The notes beneath the pieces were generated by a model that was not told where the DNA came from, did not search any database, and saw only the letters and a list, made by a program, of their open reading frames with translations. A stretch of 64,000 nt of DNA from Cyanophora paradoxa CCMP329 (Eukaryota > Plantae > Glaucophyta): positions 1 to 64,000 of the forward strand of contig QPMI01000168.1 in NCBI GenBank assembly GCA_004431415.1, given 5' to 3'. Shown piece after piece: positions 1-9,941 of the stretch. Every line of letters begins with the position of its first letter. Position 1 is the stretch's first letter. The position numbers were made by a program, and so were the translations under genes.

Positions 1-1
1 C

Positions 2-286
2 TCGGGTACCGATTATTTATACGGCGCCTCGAATCCCCGTACCCAGGTCTGGCCCCGGCTCCTCTTCACGAAATTCACTTTCAAATTGTACAACAACATC
101 GCCGGAATGCCTACCTCTGGAATGGTCGTGGGTTCTACCCTCATGGCCGAACTAATTGAGGCAGAGGCGGACTACACGACTGCAACTACCAACTCGACAG
201 CGCCAGGCGCCGGGGCCGAAGTGTACGTTGCCTGGGAAACGGTCGGTCGCGAGTACGACACCAAGATTCACACCACTAGCGTCTAG
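2..286 (+). CDS. C-terminal part of an ORF entering from the left edge; possible jelly-roll capsid protein
   Basis: Frame open from base 2 to TAG at 284-286 (SGTDYLYGASNPRTQVWPRLLFTKFTFKLYNN...AEVYVAWETVGREYDTKIHTTSV). Beta-strand-like, T/A/G-rich. Capsid call is inference only. Confidence 0.45.
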   Translation, partial: SGTDYLYGASNPRTQVWPRLLFTKFTFKLYNNIAGMPTSGMVVGSTLMAELIEAEADYTTATTNSTAPGAGAEVYVAWETVGREYDTKIHTTSV

Positions 287-322
287 ACTGGCTAAGCTGC
301 ATTAGCGCCTGTGCCGCCTCCA

Positions 323-640
323 TCATCTCCCGAATCTCCTCGCTCTTCTCCTGTAAATTGGCGTACCCCTCCTCTTCTTGCGAATCTCCGACATTGATGC
401 CCAGCGCAGGTTCTCCCTCCTGTAGTCCAGCGGGTTGCCGTTGATGTGTTCCACGTAGCGTCCACGTGGCGACTTCCCGAGGATCAGTTGGGAGAGGTAG
501 TGCTTGCGCCCTCCGAATGTCTTGCTCACCCTGTCCCTGTCCACTCGCCAGGGAAACTCCAAGGCACTCGGGGGTACGTCCGAGTTGACCAGGACGTTGT
601 AGGCGACGTCTTGCGAGTCGGTGCACCGGAGCAGGGCCAT
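323..640 (-). CDS. HNH endonuclease-family protein (HNH_3-like), probably degenerate active site
   Basis: Motif LSQLILG...YVEHINGNPLDYRRENLRWAS matches the DHINGNxLDNRxENL consensus. Confidence 0.8.
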   Translation of the reverse strand: MALLRCTDSQDVAYNVLVNSDVPPSALEFPWRVDRDRVSKTFGGRKHYLSQLILGKSPRGRYVEHINGNPLDYRRENLRWASMSEIRKKRRGTPIYRRRARRFGR

Positions 641-664
641 TTTGCTCTAGGTTCGGAAAAACCT

Positions 665-730
665 GGGACTTGGGACTTGGGACTTGGGACTTGGGACTTG
701 GGACTTGGGACTTGGGACTTGGGAAGAGTT
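665..730 (+). repeat. (GGGACTT)8 heptamer array, module 1
   Basis: Eight exact copies at 665-720 followed by GGGAAGAGTT. Confidence 0.97.
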
Positions 731-1104
731 GAAACCCAGGTCCCGGCCCAGACTTTCTCCAGGATCAGAAATTTGTCAGACAAGTCAGGTGAGTTTTTCT
801 ACCGACTTTTTTACTCCTACCACCCCTCGTACTCTTTTTTACTCGTAGTCTTTTTTACTCGTATCCCATCTCGTACCTCCTTCTCTCGACATCTCGCACG
901 AATACTCCTACCCCTCTTCACATCCTTTTTCGGTTGCATACTCTCGTGAGCTTTCATGTCCAGTTTCATGCTACAAGTCGTACACCAGTTCAGACTCTAC
1001 CTCGCTTGAAATCTCACCTGGAATGTCACCAGAAACGTCGTATCCAGAATTCCGTACCCCTTTCTAAGTCTGCCCGGTGGTTAGGGACTTGGTGCAGCAA
1101 ACTC

Positions 1105-1192
1105 TCAGATCCAGAGAAAGTCTGGGCCCAGACCCTGAGTCTAACTCTTCCAAGTCCAAGTCCAAGTCCCAAGTCCAAGTCCAAGTCCCAGG
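1105..1192 (-). repeat. (G)GGACTT array, module 2; inverted relative to module 1
   Basis: AACTCTT(CCAAGT/CCCAAGT)6CCCAGG. Upstream flank GAGAAAGTCTGGGCC also matches the reverse complement of ~746-760. Confidence 0.9.
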
Positions 1193-1262
1193 ATCGCGCC
1201 AAGTCATAACTGAATAGTCGGCCAATTTTTACAAGTATGTACAATGGAATGAGCAATACTAT

Positions 1263-2305
1263 TTACAGCATCTCAAAGTCAGAGTCATCGTCATCGGAAA
1301 CCAAGTCAATTGGGGCCTCGGGCGCCGACTTAAGGGGAATGCGGGGAAGGGCCTGCGCTGCCTGCACTAAGTCCTGCCGCTCCTGCTCGCGCTGCGCCGC
1401 CAAGGCCGCTGCCGCCTCTGCCTCGCGCCGCTGCTGAGCCTCGACGCGCGCCCTAAGTTCCGCTGCCTCCTTCTTCTTGCGCTCGGCAATCTTGGCCAGC
1501 GTCATCTCGCGACGAAGAAGGCGCTCGTGACGCAACTTGCGCCGGAGTTCGGCCATTTCGCGCTTGGCGATGATGCGCTTCTCAATGGTCTTGACGTGCT
1601 GAGTCAGGCGCTCGGTGTAGTGTGACGTCACGCGAGAACGGGCAATGCCAGCGCCGATCTTCAAGTCTTTTTCGTGTTCCTTGGCGGGATTCTTGACTCG
1701 CTCGGAGTTGTCGGTGAATGACGTGGTCTCCATGAACTTCTTCTTGACGATTGACTTGGTCTTGATAATGCGGCGCTTGCGAGTCGGGTTTTCGTTGTCG
1801 CCTTCAGAGTCGGAAGAGGACTCAGAGTCGTATTGAATCGGCACGTCAAAGTCGATAAAGTCGTTGATGTCAGACTCGGCGTCAGAGGCCTCGGACTCGG
1901 CGTCATCGACTGGCTCGGGAGCGGGCTCGGCGACGGGCTGAGGGGCAGATGACGACGATGACGGAGGGGGAAATTCGTGAAGACTTGAGGGGGATAGGCC
2001 CAGGCGAGCGTCTCGGCGGCAGACTCGGCGAAAAGCTTGGGGTCGCCCCAGCCAGTGGGAGTCTTGACCCAGCCGGGGACGGGGGGCACGTCGACGGGCT
2101 CGGGCTTGGGCTCGGGCTTGGGTTGCTTGGACTTGGGCAGGATGGCGGGTACAAAGTTCAACTGGAGACTGCTGTTGTAGGTTTGGTAGAGGTACCCCAG
2201 CTTGCGGGCACGCTTCTCCATGGCAGGGGTAGGCCAATCGCGGGACTTAGCCCACATCTCAAGGGCCTTGGCAAAGTCCTCGACAAGCTCAGAGGGAATC
2301 GACAT
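1263..2305 (-). CDS. Hypothetical protein with acidic low-complexity middle and basic coiled-coil C-terminus; one apparent frameshift at ~1970
   Basis: N-terminus MSIPSELVEDFAKALEMW (ATG 2305) joins the 1263..2237 frame near the G-run at ~1966-1970. Coding-like codon use in both parts. Confidence 0.65.
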
Positions 2306-2644
2306 CTGCGCAAAGGGAAGAGAGATCAGCAAAGGCAAAACGTGAGGTGACTGAGAGAGCGGACTTGTGAAAATTCGGAGAGGCAGGGTTTCCTTGGGCT
2401 GAGAGAAGGCGGCGAACCCGTTTCAAGAGTGAGGCAAAATGGCGGCGGACCGCGGTTTTGTTGCCGATTTTTTTCGCGGTCTAGTTCGCAACGGAAAACG
2501 TTGCCAACTGGCCTGAAAAAAGCCAAATTTAGCGTTGGACCGAAGACAGAAAAAGGGAGCCGGCCTGACGGAAATCGCCCGAGTGCGTCCGCCGAAGGTC
2601 GAGTCTCGGATGGGGGGTACACCCTCAGGGGGCCCCCTGGCCCC

Positions 2645-3115
2645 TCACCCTGGTAGTACCCTCTCAAGGGGATTTTCGAAGCCGTACAATTCTTGGTAAG
2701 TCTCGTAATCCGGGCTGTACCCCCTCACAATCTGCGGGAGCCCCATTGAAAGCCTCCGTCTATCCTCTCTCAATTCCCTGCGGAAAAGTCTACGGTCTTC
2801 TCGAGCTTCGCGCGTCACGCCAGCTGGGCGTGGTCTATGATTGTTAGGGTTGTCGTAGCCTGGCCCCACCAGCCTCACGAAATTTTCGCGTATGGCCTCG
2901 GGGAGACTTTGGAAACGGTTCGTTGTGTGGAACTCAATCCATTCAGTGAACCGACGCGGATATTGACGGATGACTTCAAGTACGCCCTCTGTGTCGGGCT
3001 CTGGTGTTATGTCGGGAATGTCACGTCCCGTGAGGTGCCAACGCCAGAACTCGCGCAACCTTTCGAATGCCATATTCAACTCAAAGGGGAAATCGTAATA
3101 GAGATTGCCTGACAT
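2645..3115 (-). CDS. Hypothetical protein, 156 aa (MSGNLYYDFPFELNMAFERLREFWRW...)
   Basis: Intronless ORF with normal globular composition; ATG at 3115 preceded by AAAA, like the HNH start. Confidence 0.65.
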   Translation of the reverse strand: MSGNLYYDFPFELNMAFERLREFWRWHLTGRDIPDITPEPDTEGVLEVIRQYPRRFTEWIEFHTTNRFQSLPEAIRENFVRLVGPGYDNPNNHRPRPAGVTREAREDRRLFRRELREDRRRLSMGLPQIVRGYSPDYETYQELYGFENPLERVLPG

Positions 3116-3166
3116 TTTTCTCCCCTTCCGAAAATTTCCCCGCTTTTGAGTCCAGACTCTGATTCC

Positions 3167-3222
3167 AACTCTTCCCAAGTCCCAAGTCCCAAGTCCCAAG
3201 TCCCAAGTCCCAAGTCCCAGGT
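3167..3222 (-). repeat. (GGGACTT)6 array, module 3
   Basis: AACTCTT(CCCAAGT)6CCCAGG, with the same boundaries as modules 1 and 2. Confidence 0.95.
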
Positions 3223-4380
3223 CCCATTTTTCTCCCATTTTGACTCGAGATTCTGACCAAGTCCAAATTTTGGCCCGGGATTCGAACCCTCGTTTTCGAT
3301 CGATTTCACGCGTGAAAACGGCACTTTTCGGCCTTTTCCGATTTTTCCTTTCTCGCGATCGCATTAATGTCCCCGATCTCGAAATCGCGATCGAAAAGGG
3401 TCGCGATCGGGAGAAAATCGCGATCGCCAGGGTCGTGATCGCCGCGATCGCCAGCCTCGGAGGGGGTACCCCCACAGCTGTTGCGGCGGTTATAAGAACC
3501 TCCGCAATCCAAGCGTCACTTCCGAGTCTCGAGCTCTCGGAGTTGACTTTTCGCGTTTGGCCCATTGATGGCCCTCATATATATATATATGTGCAGGCCT
3601 GGCGTGCAGTAGCGGCGGCAACATCCGGGCCTGAATTTCGAAGTCGATCTGAACTCGAGCACTCGCGATCGTGGCACCGACTGATCTCTAGATCTAGCTG
3701 CGCCCTGTCGTCAGTCGGTGCCCTGTCGATCGCGACGTCGTCTTCGCCCGCGTGCCACATCGCGATCGATATCTAGCCTCTAGCTATGCTCGGGCTGCGA
3801 ATCCGCAGCAGCCCGCACGCGCAGCAGCCCGTCCGCCGCGCACGAGCGCAATATTGCGCATGCAAGCGCGAGCTCGAGCCTGCGTGCAGCAGCAGGCAGA
3901 GCATGCGCAGACGCGAGTGTGCGCGCTAGCTCCGAGGCTCCACGATCGATTCCACACACAGGGCTCGCTCGCGCTATAGCTATAGCTAGCGCTAGCGAAG
4001 CTGCATGCGCAGCTAGATCGACGACGCCTGCGCCGACAGCTGCAAAGAAGCGCAGGCGGCCGCCAAAGCGAACGTCAACATCAAGGTCTTCACGCGCAGG
4101 CTATAGCTAGGTGTGCAAAGGCGTTAACGTTCCATCAGGCCAGCGGCTGGCCCACGGGTCTTCTGGCGACGTTCCCCATGGCCAGCTCGGGCGGGCGCTT
4201 CTCTCCGCCGAGGAGATCTTCGAATTCCTAACAATCAAGGTGGGTCCCCATGCATATATATGTTACGCAAGCGGTCTAGTCTGCGTAACACTTTGTTACA
4301 CAAATGCGCAACACAATTGTTTCACGATGTGTCACACATTGCATCGATTTGCGTAACGTTTGCGTGACACAACGACGCAG

Positions 4381-5130
4381 CGGGAGCCCACCCCGGCTCG
4401 CGGCGGCCTCGCAGCGGCTCGCGAAGCCTCTGGAGCGCTTCCAAATCGACGTCAGCGGCGCCGTGTACGCCCCCGGGCCCCGGCTCGTTCCCCTGGCATC
4501 GCCTCACCCCCCGCAGGGGCCTGGACGTGGGAGGCTCGACGGCGGCTTCACGGACGTGCTGCTGGCGAGCGGCGCGCGGCGGGTCTACTCCGCTCGGACG
4601 AGCGCGTCGTCATCCTCGAAAAGACGAACGCGCGGAGCCTCCCCCCCCCCGGAGCCTCTCCCCCGCCCTCCCTAACCCCGCCCTCGAGCTCCAGCTCGTC
4701 AACGTCGTCGTGTGCGCGGCCCCAGCCCCCCTCCGGAGCCCTCCCCTTCTCGGCTGAGGCCCGGCAGGTGCGACGCGTCGTTCATCGGGCTGGCGACGGT
4801 GCTCCCAGCGGCGATGGCGCTGGGCGCCGACGGCTGCCGCCTGGTGGCCCTCATCAAGCCGGGCAAGGGCCACGGCCCCTGCCCCCGCGCCAGCCCCCCG
4901 GGTCGCGGCCCCCGCCCCGCGCCGGCGCCATCCCCCCGGCCGGTTGTGCGGGAGGCTCGGCGGGCGGAGGCTAGGCTCGGCGGGCGGCACCGCGGCTCGC
5001 CGGGCCGCGCCGCGGCTCGCCGGGCGGCGCCGCGGCTCGCCGGGCGGCGCCTCGGCTCGCCGGGCGGCGCCGTGGCGCCGCGGGCGGCTCCGTGTCTCGT
5101 CGCATGGGGCGGCGGCGTGGTCACCGGGTG
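4381..5130 (+). pseudogene. tlyA: TlyA-family rRNA 2'-O-methyltransferase (hemolysin A-like), fragmented
   Basis: Ordered motifs RGGL..AK.LERFQIDVSG, LDVG.STGGFTDVLL.SGARRVY, DERVVILEKTNAR, DASFIGLATVLPA..LVALIKP, GGVV. Frameshifts present; the DVGxxQL and QFE segments are missing. Confidence 0.8.
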
Positions 5131-6194
5131 GGCGGTGGCGGGGCTCGCGGGGCGGGAAGGAGGCGCGGCGGGCGGCCGGCGCCGCGGCTCGCCAGGCGGT
5201 GTGTGAGGCTCGGCGTCTGGCGGCGCGGCTTGCCGCACGTTAACGTTGTATACGTACATGCATATGGCGATGTTCAAGAGTAACATAGGGGACACGTCAC
5301 AGCTCGCTTCGTCCGGACTTCCCCGGCCTCCGGCGGAGTCAACCAGCTTTGGAGATAGCTAGCGGAGTGTTTCAGGACTGACAGAGCCGTAACCGCAAGC
5401 AGCAACGTTGGGGCACGGTGGCGGGCCGGGGCATGGTGGGGCACGTCCGGGCACGGCCGCATGGTGGGGCACGTAGGGGCATGGCCGCAAGTAACATGTA
5501 CTATAGCTAGTATCCTTAGGGGACACGTCACAGCGTTGCAATTAGGGCACGGTGGCGGGGTATGATGCATATGGGGCACGTCGGGGCAATTTCGTTCCAA
5601 CAAGCGATGCCCAGTGAATGAGTGATATCGATCATGATATATAAGGCTTGTTCAAGTTTAAGCCTTTGTAAATTATATGCAATATGCATGCCATGATGCT
5701 GTTATATATATTCAGTGGTAATGGAGTCACCCACCGTGGCACCGAGGTCACTGAGTCAGCTTTCATGATGACAGAAACGGATCATCGGATGAGGTTCAGT
5801 TGTCAGGTTTCAAGTTTGAGAACTCGTCAGACGTTTTTCCGGCCTCGTACGGGCAAGGGTAATTTGCGAGTCCCGACCTTTTTATATATCCTGAAAGCCC
5901 CTTTAATTGTCGTTCTCATGATATCATCTGATCTCATACACCTAATTTCCATCCAAAGATATGCAGTCCGGAACTTTCGGAAAGAATCGAGTACGTACTG
6001 ATGCCATGATGTGGATGGCATATGGTGCCCTGGTCTCGCTCTGGTCATCCCCCTCAGGGCCTAGCGCTCGGCGCCCCCGGCTGATTTTATAGATTCTGAA
6101 TCGCCGATGCAGGCGCTCCGATGCAGGCGCGGGGCCCGTCCTGGCGAGAACGGGCGCAGTTCCGCGGGCCAATCCCCTCATGTGCCCCCCTCAC

Positions 6195-7330
6195 TCCCTC
6201 GCCGCGCCGCCGCCCGCCGCGGCGCCGCCCCGCCAGTCGAGCCGCGCCGCCACCGGCTGCTCCGATCCTCCGCCCTGCCCAGAGCCGAGCCGCGCCGCCG
6301 CCCGCCGCGGCGCCGCCCCGCCCGTCGAGCCGCGCCGCCGCCGGCCGCTCCGATCCTCCGCACCGCCCAGAGCCGAGCCGCGCCGCCGCCCGCCGCGGCG
6401 CCGCCCCGCCCGTCGAGCCGCGCCGCCGCCGGCCGCTCCGATCCTCCGCCCCGCCCAGAGCCGAGCCGCGGCGCCGCCCGCCGCGGCGCCGCCCGCCCGT
6501 CGAGCCGCGCCGCCGCCGGCCGCTCCGATCCTCCGCACCGCCCAGAGCCGAGCCGCGCCGCCGCCCGCCGCGGCGCCGCCCCGCCCGTCGAGCCGCGCCG
6601 CCGCCGGCCGCTCCGATCCTCCGCCCGCCCAGAGCCGAGCCGCGCCGCCGCCCGCCGCGGCGCCGCCCGCCCGTCGAGCCGCGCCGCCGCCGGCCGCTCC
6701 GATCCTCCGCCCCGCCCAGAGCCGAGCCGCGCCGCCGCCCGCCGCGGCGCCGCCCCGCCCGTCGAGCCGCGCCGCCGCCGGCCGCTCCGATCCTCCGCCC
6801 CGCCCAGAGCCGAGCCGCGGCGCCGCCCGCCGCGGCGCCGCCCCGCCCGTCGAGCCGCGCCGCCGCCGGCCGCTCCGATCCTCCGCCCCGCCCAGAGCCG
6901 AGCCGCGCCGCCGCCCGCCGCGGCGCCGCCCCGCCGTCGAGCCGCGCCGCCGCCGGCCGCTCCGATCCTCCGCCCCGCCAGAGCCGAGCCGCGGCGCCGC
7001 CCGCCGCGGCGCCGCCCCGCCCGTCGAGCCGCGCCGCCGCCGGCCGCTCCGATCCTCCGCCCCGCCCAGAGCCGAGCCGCGCCGCCGCCCGCCGCGGCGC
7101 CGCCCCGCCCGTCGAGCCGCGCCGCCGCCGGCCGCTCCGATCCTCCGCCCCGCCCAGAGCCGAGCCGCGCCGCCGCCCGCCGCGGCGCCGCCCCGCCCGT
7201 CGAGCCGCGCCGCCGCCGGCCGCTCCGATCCTCCGCCCCGCCCAGAGCCGAGCCGCGGCGCCGCCCGCCGCGGCGCCGCCCCGCCCGTCGAGCCGCGCCG
7301 CCGCCGGCCGCCCGTCGAGCCGCGGCCCGC
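6195..7330. repeat. ~88-bp GC-rich minisatellite, ~13 copies
   Basis: AGAGCCGAG anchor recurs at 6281, 6369, 6457, 6544, 6631, 6718, 6806, 6894, 6980, 7068, 7156 and 7244. Confidence 0.97.
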
Positions 7331-8414
7331 CCGCTGCTCATCCGCCGCGCTCGTCGAGCCGCGCCGCCCGCCCGGCAGGCTGCCGATTGCGTTACACAGT
7401 TTTCGCCACAGTGTATGGAATGTGTTACGCAACTCATGTGTGGCTTATGTGTGACTAAATGTAAGAGACTGCGTAACACAATGCATATGCACACAGGCGC
7501 ACCTTCAGAGGCAGTACACGGATCCGGAGACTGAAACGGGCTCCTCCCGCGGCGTCGCTTCCCCTCGGCGGCGTTGCCAGCCGTCGGTCCTTCTTGCCTT
7601 TGTCCTTCGGCTCCGTGCCAAGGCTGCGCGCGACGATAGACAACACGTCTGGGCTCGAAGCGCTAGCGGGCGCGGCGTCGCGGCGGCGCTCAAGCTCGTG
7701 GCCTGGGCGGCGCCTTCTTGTTCGAGCTGCTGCAGCTGCTGCTTCAAGAAGGCACGTTGTCCGCCTCCGGCTCCGCGGCTCCTCGCTTCGTCACGAAGTA
7801 GATCTAGAAGCACCGGCGCATGTGCGCGATGCTTGCACCGGCGCATGCGCGCGATGCTCTGCCTCGTTAAAAGTCTACACAGTCGACCAAAACCTTCACA
7901 TCAGCTGCGCGCCGGCTCCATCGATCGTGCATGCTTGCACTTGCACTTGCACTGTCGACGCTGCCTTCCTTCCTGCCGCGCGTCGACGTCTGGCTTCTAG
8001 ATCTTGCCCATCGTGCGATCGCCCCGGCCGTACGCGTACGAGCTCTAGCTATAGCTATAGGGATCGACTGCGCTCTAGCTAGCTGTATCCTGGCGTAACG
8101 CAATCCCCCTCTTTGTGTCGGGCTACGCATTTACTCGAAGATGGATCAAAAACGCGGACCAAAAAAATTTGATGGTCCACGGAATTGTTTGGTCCACTAC
8201 AGCACCCGGAGACCGTGCGCATATGCATCATGGCATGCGCACGTGCCGCCGGCCCGCCGGGCGCCGCCGCCGCGCGGCGCGGCTCGCCGCCGGCGCCGCT
8301 ATACATCACAGATTCACAGTACATGTGCCGGTCACCGGGTCCACTGCCGGACTCCCGCCCGGACTCCCGGGAGTCCATCATGGCATCGACTCGCCGAGTC
8401 GGCGATATCTTATC

Positions 8415-8453
<39 letters not shown>

Positions 8454-8485
8454 CGCACTGCGGTATGCATGATGATGCATATGAT
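8415..8485. repeat. (ATG)n microsatellite
   Basis: About 13 perfect ATG units, then degenerate copies. Confidence 0.95.
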
Positions 8486-8929
8486 TCGACTCTCCAATGG
8501 GTCTTCAATGAGTCTTTATTGACTCTCCTATAAGGTTCAGCACTAAATCAGAATGCGCAGCCGGGGGATGGCGATTAGAAGGGAGGGAGAGCCATTTTTC
8601 ATGAGGGTCGCGCAGGCCGTTTGTACTGCACAATGCACATGCTGCACACGCCGTCGAGCTCGCTGTCGCTCCCCCGTCAAGGCCCGTACTACCCCCTTTC
8701 CTTTCTTCCAGACGAGTACCCCGTGCCCCTCGTGCCCCTCCGTATCCTCTCCGGCCCCCGGCCCCCACCACCCCGCCGCCCCCCACCACCTCCGTCTCCT
8801 TCCTCGTGCCCGGCCTCCTCTCCTCTCGTCTCTCGCTTCGAGGGCGAGCGGCGCCCCGCCCGCCCGCCCCCCGCCGCTGCCCGCCCCTTCCCTCCTCGTT
8901 GCCGCCGCCGCCGCCCGCGCGCCAGCCGC

Positions 8930-9090
8930 GGGAGGCGGGACGGAGGCGGGAGGCGGGGACGGAGGCGGGAGGCGGGGACGGAGGCGGTGCGGCTGCTGGG
9001 CGGGCGGGAGGCGGGACGGAGGCGGTGCGGCTGCTGGGGCGGGCGGGAGGCGGGGACGGAGGCGGTGCGGCTGCTGGGGCGGGCGGAGGA
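8930..9090 (+). repeat. Short tandem repeat GGGACGGAGGCGGTGCGGCTGCTGGG (EAVRLLG) leading into a coding-like fragment
   Basis: Three ~38-bp copies, the last running into RAEECFKACSDLEEAAG. Parent gene not recognised. Confidence 0.7.
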
Positions 9091-9941
9091 GTGCTTCAAG
9101 GCGTGCAGCGACCTGGAGGAGGCCGCGGGCGTAGGCAGCGAGGCGGCGCACGGCCCGCTCGAGGGCCGCCAGCAGCGCCCCCGCGTCCGCCACCGGGGTC
9201 ACGGCGAGGCCGCTCGGCCGCGCGCCGCCACCCCGCGCCGCCGCCGGCCCCTTCCCTCCTCTCGTAGCGCGAGCGGCCCCGCGCCGCGCGCCGCCGCCCC
9301 GCGCCGCCCCGGCCTCCTCTAGATCTCCTCTCGTTTCCCTCTTCGAGCGCCAACGGCCGCGCGCCGCCCGCCGCCCCGCGCCGCCGCCTGCCCCTTCCCT
9401 CCTCGCCGCCTTTTCGCACAGGAGGCGGCGGCGGCCATGTCGATGCCGGTGGCTGCCTCGAGAACCTTAGGGTCCTCGCAAGCGTGGCGTCGTGGGGTCG
9501 GCCGTGCAGCGCAGCCCCCAGACCCATCCAGGTCCAGCTCCCCGCGTCCCTCGTCTCAGCGCCCCTCTTGCTACCCTTAGCCGCGCGCAGTGGTCAACGC
9601 GACGGAGCCAGCCGGCCCATATGCATCCCTCGCCGACTCGGCGAGTTCGTAGACACCGCGGGTATGCATTCCTCCAGGACGTCGCAGACACCGCGGGTAT
9701 CCTCCCGGACCTGACCCCCCCGCAGGTCGCCGTGGCTCTTCACGCCGCGCAGTCCCTGCTCCAGCAGCGGCCCTCGACATCCCGGGTCCGTACCCGTACC
9801 CCACCCTGCTTCTGCCACCCTAGGCCTGCTGAACGCTCGCAGGGCTCGGAAGCCTGACGCTGCATCATCCTCGTCCTCCGCCCCTCCGTACGCGTCCGCA
9901 CACACACACCCACACACCCACACACCCACACACACCCGCAG

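Larger units (their letters stand above)
1..3578. mobile_element. Right part of a putative endogenous virus-like element (Polinton-like virus/virophage-type); left end outside window
   Basis: Compact intronless ORFs, clearly lower GC than host genes, a phage/virus-type HNH ORF, a possible capsid C-terminus and shared intergenic modules. Abrupt switch to (AT)n and palindrome-rich host DNA at ~3578. No integrase, polymerase or ATPase in view. Confidence 0.55.
4260..8203. mobile_element. Putative non-autonomous CACTA/CMC-like element with captured gene fragments (left boundary uncertain)
   Basis: Clusters of TGTTACGCA/TGCGTAACA motifs at 4261-4370, 7385-7480 and ~8095. Right terminus 8101-8202 is the near-identical reverse complement of the CACTG-starting sequence at 52991. 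Confidence 0.4.

Noticed and set aside
665-720. True chromosome telomere
   Set aside because: Short, internal, present in both orientations and embedded between ORFs.
1960-1975. Programmed ribosomal frameshift at the G-run
   Set aside because: Homopolymer indels are common throughout the window; assembly error is more likely without read evidence.
6195-7330. CRISPR-like regular array
   Set aside because: Units are wholly repeated with no unique spacers; no cas genes; eukaryotic context.
6107-7534. Five 400+ aa ORFs
   Set aside because: Artefacts of the stop-free 88-bp GC minisatellite.
8079-8533. Poly-His/Met/Asp ORFs
   Set aside because: Translations of the (ATG)n microsatellite and the transposon terminus.
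8505-8600. Similarity to 52318-52430 (CTTTATTGACTCTC)
   Set aside because: Only ~14 bp exact; insufficient to call a shared element.
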